This document shows positions 12,492 to 25,110 of a stretch of DNA of 64,000 nucleotides, piece by piece. The stretch is from Eledone cirrhosa. Lineage: Eukaryota. The notes beneath the pieces were generated by a model. The model was not told where the DNA came from. It made no database searches and worked only from the letters and a program-made list of their open reading frames with translations. The stretch lies in contig OZ024740.1 in assembly GCA_964016885.1 (NCBI GenBank), positions 196,912,001 to 196,976,000 on the forward strand, given 5' to 3'. Each line of letters opens with the position of its first letter. Position 1 is the first letter of the stretch. The position numbers and the translations under genes were made by a program.

Positions 12492-14030
12492 GTTTGGATT
12501 TGTCCCAGGTAAAAGTACCATAGATGCCTTCTTCCTTGTAAGACAACTGCAGGAGAAGTACCTAGCTAAGAGTAAGCCCCTCTATTTGGCTTTTGTTGAC
12601 CTGGAGAAAGCTTTTGACAGAATCCCCTGTTCCATTATTTGGTGGGCTCTTAGGAAACTAGGAGTGACAAATGGCTTGTGCGATCAGTTCAAGCAATGTA
12701 TTGAAGAACAGCCAGCAAGGTCAGAATTAACAATGACTATAGCGAAGAATTTAGTGTACAGGTTGGTGTCCATAAGGGCTCTGTTCTTAGGCCTCTCCTG
12801 TTTATCATCATTCTGCAGGCAATAACAGAGTTTAAAACCAGCTGCCCATGGTAACTTCTGTATGCTGATGACCTAACCCTTATAGCCGAATTTATAGCTG
12901 ATCTAGAGATGAAATTCCAAACCTGGAAGCAAGGCTTATAATCTAAAAGTCTTAAAGTCAACCCGGCAAGAAAGAATGTAGGTTTTATTTGTGGCTGGTA
13001 CACAGGAGCAGTATGTAGCAAGAACCCTCAGGATACAATCACCTTCAAATGCTCAGAGGGCTCGGTAGAAGTGGTAGATAGTTTCTGTTACCTGGGTGAC
13101 CAAATCAGTAGTTAGGGACAGTGTTCTGAAAACACAGTAACCAGAGTGAGATCAGGTTGGAGAGAGTTCAGGGAACTATTACCATTACTAACTACAAAAG
13201 GTTTTTCCCTCAAAATGAAAGGCAGACTGTATGATACATGTATACGAATAGCAATGTTGCACAGCAGCGAGTCCTAGGCACTATGTGCTGAGGACCTGTG
13301 AAGGTTGGAAAGAAATAAAGCCTTCATGCTTCGCTAGATGTTCAATAGCAGTATACATGAACGGCAAAATATAAATGTACTTCATGAGAAATAAGGCATA
13401 AGAGGGATCAGTTGTTGCATGCAGGAGAGGAGATTGTGTTGGTATGGACATATGATGCATATGAAGGATGACAGCTGTATAAAAAGGTACAGGGTGCTCA
13501 AAGTTGATGGTAGCTGTGGAGTGGGCAAGCCTAAGAAGACTTGGGATGAGGTAATAAAAGCTGACCTTGCACAATTACACGTCTCCAAGGCAATGACACA
13601 GGATCGTGACCTCTGGTGCTATGCAGTATTACACAAGACCCGCACTCTATTATTCTCAGGCTGAGGCTTATACCTAGTAGGCAATACCTTCCCCAACCTT
13701 CTCCCCTCTCCTCCCCTCTCATATACCTCCCTTTGCAGTAACCATCCCTCCCCTATTACCTACGTCCGTAATTTCCCTAAGCTTCCTCCCCCTCCCTAGT
13801 TCCAAGACAAAAGTGCCCAGTCCACACTGTAATGTGGTCATGTAGGTGACATGACAAAAAGCACCCAGTAAATGTGTTTGGCATTAGGAAGGGCATTCAG
13901 CTGTAGGAACCCAGCCAAAATCTGCCCCAGGGGAGTTAAACATAGTCCTCTGACCTGATTTTCTCCTTAAGTGTCAACCCACCCTCCCATGCTAGTGTGG
14001 AAGATGGATGTTAAACAATGATGATGATGA
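12492..14030 (+). mobile_element. 5'-truncated decayed RTE LINE with 3' UTR and (GAT)n tail
   Basis: QFGF...AFVDLEKAFDRIP...YADD...RRLCWYGHM...GKPKKTWDEV with multiple stops and frameshifts. Most of the PHD segment is deleted near 12975-12990. Confidence 0.9.
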
Positions 14031-14071
14031 TATATATATATATATGATATATGTATATATGTATATATATC

Positions 14072-14193
<122 letters not shown>

Positions 14194-14214
14194 GATATAT
14201 ATATATATGTATAT

Positions 14215-14360
14215 GGAGGCATATGGCTTAGTGGTTAGAGCATTGGCCTTGCAATCGAAAAGGTTGTGAGTTCAATTCTCAGACCGGGTGATGTGTTGTT
14301 TCCTTGAGCAAGACACTTTATTTCACGTTGCTCCAGTTTACTCAGCTGTAGAAATGAGAT
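14215..14360 (+). mobile_element. tRNA-derived SINE
   Basis: A-box TGGCTTAGTGG and B-box GAGTTCAATTC, followed by CCTTGAGCAAGACACTTTATTTCAC core-like body. Confidence 0.7.
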
Positions 14361-14969
14361 GATAGGGACTCGGATCCCTATCATTCCACTGTAAAGTGGT
14401 TGTGGAGGTACCACGGCAAAAAAGCACCCAGCACTCACTGTAAATGAGGTTGGTGTTAGGAAGGGCATCCAGCTGTAGAAATCAAGCCAGAATCAGTTCC
14501 CGTCCCACCTTTGCAAGCAGGGAAAAGTGGACGTAAAATGAAATGATGATATATATGATATATGTATAAACACACGAATATATATATCATTATCATGATA
14601 TATATATATATTATGATATATATATATATTATGTTGGTACCACAAAACATCCAGCCCACACTGTAAAGTGGTTGTGTAAAAGACATAGCAAAAAGCACCC
14701 AGCACACACTGTAAATGTGGTTGGAGTTAGGAAGGGCATTCAGCCATAGAAACCAAGCCAGAAACAGTCCATGCTAGTATGGAAGATGGACGTTAAACGA
14801 TGATGATGATGATGATGACACCTGCCAGTTGTGATACCACTTGTCAACGCAGCTGCACATGTAAATCCTGTTCATCAAAATAATTGTTTCTACTATTGGC
14901 ACAAGGCCAGCAAATACCCAGTACATTACTGCTACTTTATTTTATCGACCCCTGTTCAGCAGTATGATA

Positions 14970-17085
14970 GTAAATTGCTACAAGGCCAAAAGAGGTAACT
15001 ACAGAGGCGTCAAGTTGATGGATCAGGTCATGAAAGTTGCACAACTAATTAGGGACAGAATCAAGTTAGATGAGATGCAATGGGGATTTATGCCAGACAG
15101 GGATACAACCAATGTCCTCTTTCAGGTGAGACAACTACAGTAGATGTACTTAGCTATGAGTAAGCCAGTATATCTGATTTTTGTAGACATGAAAAAGGCC
15201 TTTGATAGTATCCCACACTTTGTAATCTGATGGACACTTAAGAAGTTAATTGTAGAAAAATGGCTTGTGAGGGCTGTGCAACCAGCAAAAAGAGAATGGG
15301 CAATGGGTACACTGATGAATTTGAAGTGCAGGTGGGGTCTATCAGGGCTCGGTCCTCAGTCCACTTCTGTTTATCATTTTCCTTCAGAATTCAAAACTGG
15401 CACTCCATGGGGACTCCTACATGCTGATAACCTCATTCTTATAGCTCCATAGGAAAGTTAGAGGCAAAATTCAAGCATAGGAGAAGAACTTCGAGTTGCA
15501 AGGTCTAAAAATAAACTTAGCAAAGTCGAAAGTCTTAATAAGTAGGAAAGGGAACAGGAGGCTGATACCATCAGGGAAGTAACCTTGTTTAATATATTGG
15601 AAAGAGATGGACAAAAATTCCATAAGGTGCATACAGTGTAATTTATGGATGCATAAGATATGAAACAGAAGAAGGAAGCACTAAGTGCACATGTGAAATA
15701 AATACCCTCAGGGAGGCTCCTTAGTTGTTGTTGACAGGTTTTGTTTCTTAGGTCACCTAATCAACAGTATGGGAGGATGCTCTGAAAATGTGATAGCCAG
15801 GATAAGAACAGGCTGGAAGAAGTTTAGGGAGTTGGTACCTCTGTTAACAATAAAAGGCTTCTCTCTTTGAGGAACATGTAGGCAGTATGACGCCTGTGAG
15901 TGAACTGCAATACTACATGGCAGTGAAATATGGGCCTTGATCACAGAAAACCTGCAAAAGCCAAAACGACGGAATGCAAATATGCTCTGATGGATTTGTA
16001 ATGCTAGTGTGCATAAATGACATAGCACAAGTGAACTGAGAGAAAATCTTGGCATAAGAGGAACTGGATGTAGTCTGTATTGGTATGGACATGTGATGCA
16101 TATACAAAATGGCAGTTGTTTAAAAAAATGCAGAGAAATCCCAGTGGCTGGGATCCAGGAAGACTTCAGATGAGGTAATGAAGACTGACCTTAAGAAGTT
16201 GAATCTCATAACAGACCTTGCCACCAGCATGTGACCTAACCCATCACTGCTCCTTCCAGTATTACTCCTCCCCTTTGAAGTTCTTAGATACCCTCAGTAT
16301 TACACCTTAATAGCTACACTCTCTACCTTGTGTACTCCACACTTCTCATTCTCTCTCCACTACCACTTCTTAACTATTCTCTCCATCTCTACACTGCTTC
16401 ACCTATGCTAGTGAAATGTCACCCACACCTCCACCACTATCACCACAGGTATTCTCACCATCACTATATCCCCTACCTATCAGAAGTCATCCCACCTCCT
16501 TACTCATCACCCTGTCAAATCACACCCCAACATACTTCCATAACTTCATACTCATCTCCTTTCTTCTCCACTCCCAACCTCGCAGAGTAGAGAGGGCTCT
16601 TTAGTTAGGACAATAACTGACAACCTTTCTGTTGGTGCAATGAAAGTGCACCCAGTATACCCTGTATGGTGGTTGGCAATAAGAAGAGCAGTCTGCTATA
16701 GCAATTATGCCAAAGTAAGCATTGGGAGGACCCTTCAGTTCTGTCAAGGACATGACAATCTCCTTAATGTTGGTCATCTACACAATAAACACACTCAGTA
16801 CATGCTGTAAAGTGGTTGGTGATAGGAAGTACATCCAGTCATAGAAAGCTTGCCAAACAAAGGATTGGGAGGCCCCTTTAGTTGTGTCAAAAACATCACA
16901 ATCTCCCTAGAGCTGGTGCCATGATAGAATGCACTTGGTAAAGTGTGGGAACCTATGTAAGCGTGCTGCAGTCTGCCGGCCTATCTGGAAGGTCAGTAGA
17001 CCCACTTCAGTATTAACTCAGTTTGTGAAAACCTGTCTAATACTTGTTACCAAGGAAAATAGACATTAAATGATGATGATGATAT
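14970..17085 (+). mobile_element. Older decayed RTE LINE with 3' UTR
   Basis: Remnants of CYK..NYRGVKLMDQVMKV, FVDMKKAFD, LLHADNL, a PHD remnant and WYGHV; pyrimidine-rich UTR, ~48-bp units and (GAT)n tail. Confidence 0.8.
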
Positions 17086-17742
17086 ATACATATATATGGG
17101 TGTAGTAGACTTCATTCTTGGGTAGTAAATTTAATTCATCACCCTGTTTATCACCACCACAATGCCCTCAGGTGCCTTTAGTAAAGTCTACCCTATTGTA
17201 AGCATTCTACTTTGAGGATACCTTCCTTAGTCCTACCCACCTATCTCAGGGGCCCTGAAAAGGATCATAGCCACTGCCCTTCCCTTCTTGACTAAACAAT
17301 GAAAAGAAAAAAAACTTTTCCGCTGGTTATCTGTTAGCTTATCCACTCACTCATCTATATTTCCCTGATAACTGTCACTTTCTACATGCTGTGATGTAAA
17401 ATACAAAAATTAGGTTTCTGACAACAGCAGCTTTGTGTCATTATATTTTTAGAAGTTAAAATCTATAAACTTTTTACTTCTTTATAAAACTGAATTTATC
17501 AGAACATTAAAATAATCTATATACTACTGGCTGAGAAGTCATTCTTTTCTAAATAAGGCTATCAGATGTATTTCAATATCTAATTGATATGGCCATCAGG
17601 CTGATTTGTATATTTGTATAAAGTCTGTAATAAGGTACAACACTATCTCGTTTTAGTCATTTTGTTATCTCTGCTAATCTGTGACTGCCCACTACCACCT
17701 CTCTCTCTTTTACAGAAAATATTTAATTAAAAGAATTGTTAC

Positions 17743-17892
17743 CTTGAGGATTTCGGAAGAGCTGAATAATTGTTTTATCTTTGCTTTGGATTGTATCATT
17801 TCTTTGTCGAAGGGCTAAACTACTTGGCACATGAACCAGATCATCTGTGTATGCTACTTCATGACCACATTGGCGACATATTAGATGTGAGG
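17743..17892 (-). CDS. Cereblon-like (CULT-domain) protein, exon with CxxC and NPxG motifs
   Basis: Acceptor ttttTAG| and donor G|GTAAC, 150 nt, phase 1 to phase 1. Encodes ASHLICRQCGHEVAYTDDLVHVPSSLALRQRNDTIQSKDKTIIQLFRNPQG; CxxC...F-x-N-P-x-G is the N-terminal half of the CULT (cereblon thalidomide-binding, yippee/Mis18-like) fold. Confidence 0.85.
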
Positions 17893-20582
17893 CTAAAAAT
17901 ATATATATGTATAAAAGCAGAAAAAATAGTAAGTTTACAAAAAATATTTTGATATTTGATAAAAAACATTTTTTTTTCCTAAATCGTATAAATATGATAG
18001 ATATTTTTGTAAAGTCCAGTCGCATTTAATTAAAGATAATACAGGAAACACATTAACCAGGCATCATACATTTTGGAATTACCAGATTTTACCTGATATG
18101 AAAGAGTACTTGTTCAAGGTAAATCTTTTGTTCTTTTATACTTTTACTGGTCAGGCTGTGACAATGTTGCAACACTGACTTCAATCAATCCTATCAACTG
18201 CTAGTACTTACTGTTTTCAAGTCTATTGCTTATTTCATTGATCTTTTATTTGTAGAACTGTAACATATATATATATATATAATCATCATCATTGTTTAAC
18301 GTTCATTTTCCACGCTAATAAATATATATATATATAGCATGCAAAATAGACGTTAAACAGTGATGATGATATATGTATATATATATATGTGTGTGTATAT
18401 ATATTAAAATATTGATTAATAAGTAAAATTATTAATCATATTGTCTGACAAAAGTATTGGTTAACCAAAGTGCTAAAGATAGTCATTAGAACCTAAAGTC
18501 AGCTCTACTAATATAAAATTTAAGAATTTTTATTAAGAGCAGTAACACAATAATTCAAGGGTAAGAAATTGTCTAGACAAATGTATCTAAATTACATGTG
18601 TTTGTACAATTTACAATAGGCTTCCACACAGGTTCTGCCTACTAAATTTCATCTATATGGAATTAATCAACACAAGGCTATAATAGATGACACTTGGTCC
18701 AAGGTGCCACACAATGGGACTGAACCCCAAACCAAGTAGTTACCAAGTGAACTCTTTAACTACACGGCCATGCCTGCACCTTTAAATGATTATATTTTTT
18801 ATTCAAAATTTTATAAATTTTCCAGTTTGCTTTTCTTTTCTATACCCATCAGTAAGGTGCAGTGAAGGCACTATCAATGTAAGACTGCTGGACTAAATGT
18901 TTATGTTTTTTAATGCTTAGTCATGGAAGGAAGAACAGTACCTAAGCCCCTTTTTTAGGGCTCCCAAGACTGATGCAAGGGAGGGAGGGCATTATCCTTA
19001 AATCAGAGACTTGATCCAAATGCTTTCAGGAAAGTAGACTAATAGATTCTAAAGAAACTAAAAGACCAGGTGGTGATTAAGTCTACTGTCCATCTAGGGA
19101 TTTGAACTCATGATGCAAAGAACTGGATGAGTCACATCTTAAACACAATTGTAATTCCTGGTTTAAGCTATTTCAATCATATAAACATTAATGCATTTGT
19201 AAAAAGCCATAAACATCAGAAATTCCCAGTTTTATCTTACTTAAAATTATAAGGCCTTTGTCTAGTGAAAATAAACTGATATTAGCAAACTAGAATGAAA
19301 AACATTGCTGAAATCACAGAGAAAACCTTCAAAATTGTCCACTTTTGATTTTCTCTGGGTATCGAGGTGGAACCTTAACAATTGACACCTGATTCTATAT
19401 ATTACTGGCCTTTATTCTGGTGATCTTTGAAGCAGGAAATAAAAATGAGGAAAAGACACCTGGAGTATAAATTTCAAGTACAGCTTCCTTAAGGCTTTTA
19501 ACTTTATTGCTATATCAATTAGTGCTTTACCATATCAGCAGAGAGAGGTGAGAAACATATATAGAGAGAGATTAAAGTAGACATTCCCTTTGATGAAATT
19601 TTGAATTCAAGTTTTGTGAGAGCTTCAATACTGTTTGTTATGGTCAGAAACTGCCAGTGTTTCTATTTTCGTTTTCTCCTCAAATGTGTTGTCATGGTTG
19701 ACACACGCATAGGTTTAGCCAGTCACTTATGAGATTCTATCTCATAGGTTTCATGAGAGATGTTATGACAAGAGCTTCAGTTCTATAATACCACATTTTT
19801 GACAGGAGGCATGATTTGAACTCAGAACTGAAACAGATACTGCAAAATCTCTCATCCAATGCTCTAACAATTCCATCAATCTACTACTTTGAACTGATAC
19901 TTTATTTATCAATCCCAAAAGTATGCTGACCTCAGCAGGATTTGAACTGAGGATAGAGGGCCAGAACAAATACTCACAAGGCATTTAATCCAAACACTCT
20001 AATGACTTTGCTAATATACCCCAGTATATGTGTGTGTTGAATGGTTCTATTAGATCAAGATATTGTAATATTTATTTAGCACTAGGATTTCCTCACTTAT
20101 GGCTGGAAACATTAATTAGAACTGTTTGAATAACATTTTTAAAAAAATATTCAATACCTCATTCACTACTTAGCTTGGTTTAGTTCCGATACTATGAGCA
20201 TGTGGTTAGAATGTCTCAGGAAAGAATTGCTGGACAGATTTTAAAGGCAAAACCAACTGGCAGGAGACCAAAGGGTAGACCCCAAGCAAGATGGTTGGAT
20301 AACATCCATGACCTTGGCTGATCTTGCTTCGGGTTCCAGCCAGATCAGTCGGAGACAGTTGCTTCTGACAGGATCCGCTGGAAGGAATGTTTGAGGACTC
20401 TGCCCCCATGACCCTCTCAGGAATAAATGGGTGAAAAAGAGACTACTTAGCTTTCATATGAATTATTTTAATTTACATCTGAACTTATTTGTTTAGAGTA
20501 CTGGTTTTCTCTTTAGTTAGGAAGACACTTTCTCATAGATAGATCTTTTCTTTCTAAGTAGGATTTAATAAATAAATTAGAA

Positions 20583-20990
20583 TTGGAGCCTGCCGACCTT
20601 GACTGTGGTGATGGCAAGCGCCCAGACGAGAAAACCCTTTTCCCATTTGAAGGAGGTAAATCTCTAATCTGGGAACATGTGACATGTTCCACTGTTTTCA
20701 ACCCTGTCTCTTTGTCCTCAAACCCAGGCACAACCACCCGTAACACAGAGGAGACGAAAACAGCCAAATACCTGGATTTGACCAACTGCTTCCTTTTCAT
20801 ACCAGTTACCATTGAGACCTCTGGTATCATTGGCACCTGAACTGCCATTTTCCTCAGCAAAATCTGGAGGAGTGCATCCTGTCCAAAGAAGGAATCACAT
20901 GAAGTTGGGTTGCTAATGAAGCTGGTATCACTGGCTGTTCTCCATGGCAATGCTTTCACTATATTGTCTGCGAGGCACATTGAAGAGATA
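20583..20990 (+). mobile_element. 3' fragment of an RLE-bearing non-LTR retrotransposon (CRE/NeSL-like endonuclease)
   Basis: EP..L...DGKRPD.KTLFPFEGGKSLIW..VTC...EETKTAKY..L...F.FIPVTIETSG fits the restriction-like PD-(D/E)xK endonuclease C-terminus. Confidence 0.65.
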
Positions 20991-21000
20991 TTATCTAAAC

Positions 21001-21179
21001 CAGGGTTTCCCAAACTTTTTCAAACACGGAATCCTTTTTGGTTCAGAAACTTTTGGGGGAACCCCAAAGTCTAATATATGGTCATAATATAAATATACTC
21101 CTCTTCCTTTTTTCACAGAACCCCAGACACTCTTTTGCAGAATCCTTGGGTTCCATGGAACCTACTTTGGGAACCACAG
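21001..21179. mobile_element. hAT/Charlie-like MITE
   Basis: Imperfect TIRs CAGGGTTTCCCAAAC / CTTTGGGAACCACAG; no clear TSD. Confidence 0.5.
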
Positions 21180-21994
21180 CGCGTGACTGATGTATGTTTG
21201 CTACTCCCTCCCACTTACAAGCATTATTTAATGTTTTCTTTCTTTCTTTTTTTTTTTATTACAAACATTATATAAATCAATTGAAATTTGTTCAATAAAA
21301 CTTTAAATAATTGTATGAAATTCATAATTAAACGTGTGTTAGATGCCACAAAGTTAAATATCTGACTGATTACAGCAGTCATTCACCTTTGTTTTATTAA
21401 TAGACACAATTTTATCAAGCATGACATTAATGAATTATTTTATTAAACATTTTTAAAAATCAATACTCCTATTAACTCAGATTAGGATATCAATATATAA
21501 TTTGATTGTGCTGTTTACAAGGGACCAAGTTTTGAACTTCTTAAATTAACACTTTAGCATTTGCAAGCAGGGAAGAGTGGACGTAAAATGATGATGATTA
21601 CTCTATATTTACTATTATAATTTTTGTGGTAAAGGCTTTACCTCACATATCAAATCTACGAGATTTTGATGTTATTTATTTTGAAAACAATACCTTAACA
21701 TCAGTATGAGCAACCATTTACAGCCGGGTTAAACAGAAAGAGAATAGAGAATTCTGGCTGGATATGGCCGGTTTAAATGCTAAAGGGTTAAATCTTGTAA
21801 GAATTGATAATGTGAATTAAGTAGTCAACTGTTCAAAATTCTGAAATCATAAACAAGTTAGGTGTCCCATTATATGTCTATTCTAGCTATATTTGAAATT
21901 GGTATATTAAACAAAAATTGAAAATATATCTACAAATTATTATACTCACACACACACACACACATATATATATGACTGGCACAGCAGTACAAAC

Positions 21995-23376
21995 ATAAAT
22001 TGCTACAAAGGCAAAGGAGATACTCTAGAAAGGAGAAACTATAGAGGAATAAAACTAATGGACCAAGTTCTGAAAGTGACAGAATGAGTACAGCTAATTA
22101 GGGAAAGAGACAAAATAGATGAGGTGCAGTTTGGTTTCATGCCTGGGAAAAGTACTACAGGTACCCACTTCTTAGTGAGGCAACTACAAGAAGTTCCTAG
22201 CCAAGAATAAGCCACTATATTTAACTTTGTTGATCTAGAAAAGGCCTTTGACAGAGTACCTCAATCCATTATCTGGTGGTCCTTAAGGAAATTAGGTGTA
22301 GAAGAATGACTTGTGAGAGCAGTGCAAGCCATGTACAGAGGAGCTGTCAGTAAAGTGAGAGAAGGAAGTCAGTTTAGTGAGGAATTCAAAATACAGGTAT
22401 GAGTTCATCAAGGTTTGGTTCTTAGCCCACTGCTGTTCATCATAGTTATCCAGGCCATAACAGAGGAGTTTAAAGCTGACTGTCCATAGGAACTTCTCTA
22501 TGCAGATGATTTAGTCCTTATAGCCGAATCTATAAAAGAACTAGAAAATAAGTTCCGACTATGGAAATGAAATTTGGAATCAAAAGGTCTGAGAGTAAAC
22601 TTAGCTAAAACTAGTTTTAGTGAGTAGGAAAGAAGATAGGGCCTTGATCCCTTCAGGAAAGTGACCCTGCTCTATATGTAGAAAAAGAATAGGCATAAAA
22701 TTCATTTGGTGTACATAATGGAAATCTTGGGTACACAAAAGGTGTAGTGGGATAACGGGTAGACTAACAAGAAAGGAACTTCTGCTATCTAGGTGACTTA
22801 ATTAGCAGCAGTGCTGGGTGCTCAGAGTATAATAGCTAGAATAAGGATAGGATGGAAGAAGTTTAGAGATTTACTCTCACTCTTAACAAAAGGTTTCTCC
22901 CTATGTACAAAAGGATGACTGTATGACGCATATATGCGAAATACATTACTGCATAGTAGTGAAACATGGGCAGTGACTGCAGAAGTCATGCTTAGACTGG
23001 AGAGAAATGAAGTAGCTATGCTTCGTTCGATGTGCAATGTAAATGTGAGAGAAAGACAGAGCTTGGGTGATCTGAGGGAGAAGCTGTGTTTTAGAGGAAT
23101 CAGAGGTGGTGTGCAGGAGACTGCGTTGGTACGGATATGTGATGTGCATGGATGTTGATCGATGGGTGAAGAAGTGCTAGGAAATGTCAGTGGAAGGAAA
23201 TCGCAGTAGAGGTAGAACGAGAAAGACCGAGGCAGAGGTGGTGAGAGATGACCTCATATCGCTGAGACTCACGGGGGAGATGACGAAGAAACGCGGTGAG
23301 TGGAGAGATGCTGTTTTGAAAAGGACCCGTCCAACCCATACAAGCGTGGAAAAACGGACGTAAAAACGATGATGAC
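21995..23376 (+). mobile_element. Decayed RTE LINE (related subfamily)
   Basis: NCYKGKGDTLERRNYRGIKLMDQVLKV, FVDLEKAFDRVP, LLYADDL and SETWA motifs. Short 3' end CGTCCAACCCATACAAGCGTGGAAAAACGGACGTAAAACGATGATGA. Confidence 0.85.
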
Positions 23377-23555
23377 GTACACACACATATTTATATACCC
23401 TCCCCCCATATATATATATATATATTCAATAATATTAAATAAATGGAAACTATATTTATAAATCCATATTTATTCTATTATATATATTTCAAGGGTACCT
23501 AAACTTTGATACGCTTTCATCAGATAAAATACAAAGTTTGTTTTATATAATATAT

Positions 23556-23587
<32 letters not shown>

Positions 23588-24124
23588 CTTTGTATAAGAA
23601 ATTTAACAATCATTTAGAATATCCATAAAAATACTCAAATATACACACACGTACTATCAACAGGACCTGATTAAGAGCAATTGGTTCCTCCTTCGATTAT
23701 TTGAGAAAACAATAAATGCTGAATGTGAAATAATAGATTAAAAATTCAATTTTCTTTCATGTCACCCCTCAGGTTAGACCCCATAACTTATATCAAATAT
23801 AATCCGTTTTCTTTTTTAATTTCCTTGAACACAAAATGGCAGCAGTAAGTAAATTATTTACTTATAGCTAGGGAAACTGGAAGGTGGTTTCAACACTTTT
23901 TAAAATATTAATTTCAAAAATTTAGATAAAACTTATAATTTACCATTTGTACCATGGTAAATTCTATTCTGGAAAAACTCACTGTGATGCCCCCTTCCCT
24001 TGAGAGCGCTTAGCACGCATATATTTACATACTTTACATAATGGTTAATCCGGCTTTGACTCTAAAGCACACTCACATATATATATATATAAACACATAT
24101 CTCTGTGTACTTCTCTCTATATGT

Positions 24125-24181
<57 letters not shown>

Positions 24182-24974
24182 CAGTTTAGAGTCGTAGGGG
24201 GTGTCAGAGAGGGTGGGGGTACTACCAATCAATTAATAAAAATAATGAAGGAAAGAAAAAAGCCGAAGAGCTTTAACTGCCAGGCAAAAGAAAGCCGGCG
24301 AGAAAACGAGTGACATTAAAAACACTAATTCGACTACTAGAATAGTATTAACAATTAAAGGAGAGGGGAGAGCACTTATAAAAATATATATTGGCCCGAC
24401 ACTAATGAAAAACTATTATAGACTACTGTAAATGTAGATCATAAATCATTTTAATGTTCACTTGGCATTTGTTGCTTGTTCTTATTTCTACTATGCAATT
24501 GAAAAATTGTTAAAATAAAAAGATTTGTATTCAAAGCTTTTGGTATTTTTTTTTTTAGGTAGGAAAGTTGTTGGTTTTTTTTTATTAGGCTTATGTGAGG
24601 TATATAAGAGTATGTTAAAAGATGCAGAATAATGACGATTAGAAAAATTATGAATAGTTTCTTAAAAAAAAGAACATCGATAAACATAAATGAATAATTC
24701 TGTTAACGTGTATAATAAGGACAAATACCGACAGGAAATATTTGATGACGGGCATTAAATTTTGTGATAAAAGGACACGTTTACAAAAGCTACGTGCACT
24801 ATAATCTTCGTACAGTGTATACATATATACACAGACACATTTCAAATTTGAAAATAGGTTTAAGAGATTATTCTTATACAATTTTTTTAGTCTGATATTA
24901 TTAAGTCACGGGACAGCCGCTTATGAAAGTTCCAAAATAGTCAAAAGAGGAACTGGCTAGAGGTTTTTATTTAC

Positions 24975-25110
24975 CTTGCAAACCATCTGATAACACACTA
25001 ATAAAGCTGGAAACAAGATACAAAATTGACAGGGAATAGGCGAAAGCCACGGACGAATGTAGCGAAGAAGTTTTTATAGGAAAAACAGCATTTCCTAATA
25101 GCACCACCAT
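24975..25110 (-). CDS. Cereblon-like (CULT-domain) protein, first coding exon; hydrophobic signal/anchor segment
   Basis: ATG at 25110 in a caagATGG context encodes MVVLLGNAVFPIKTSSLHSSVAFAYSLSILYLVSSFISVLSDGLQ-G and ends at donor G|GTAAAT. This phase-1 donor matches the phase-1 acceptor of the exon at 17892. Confidence 0.7.

Noticed and set aside
14215-14290. tRNA gene
   Set aside because: A and B boxes are present but there is no full cloverleaf, and it continues into a SINE body.
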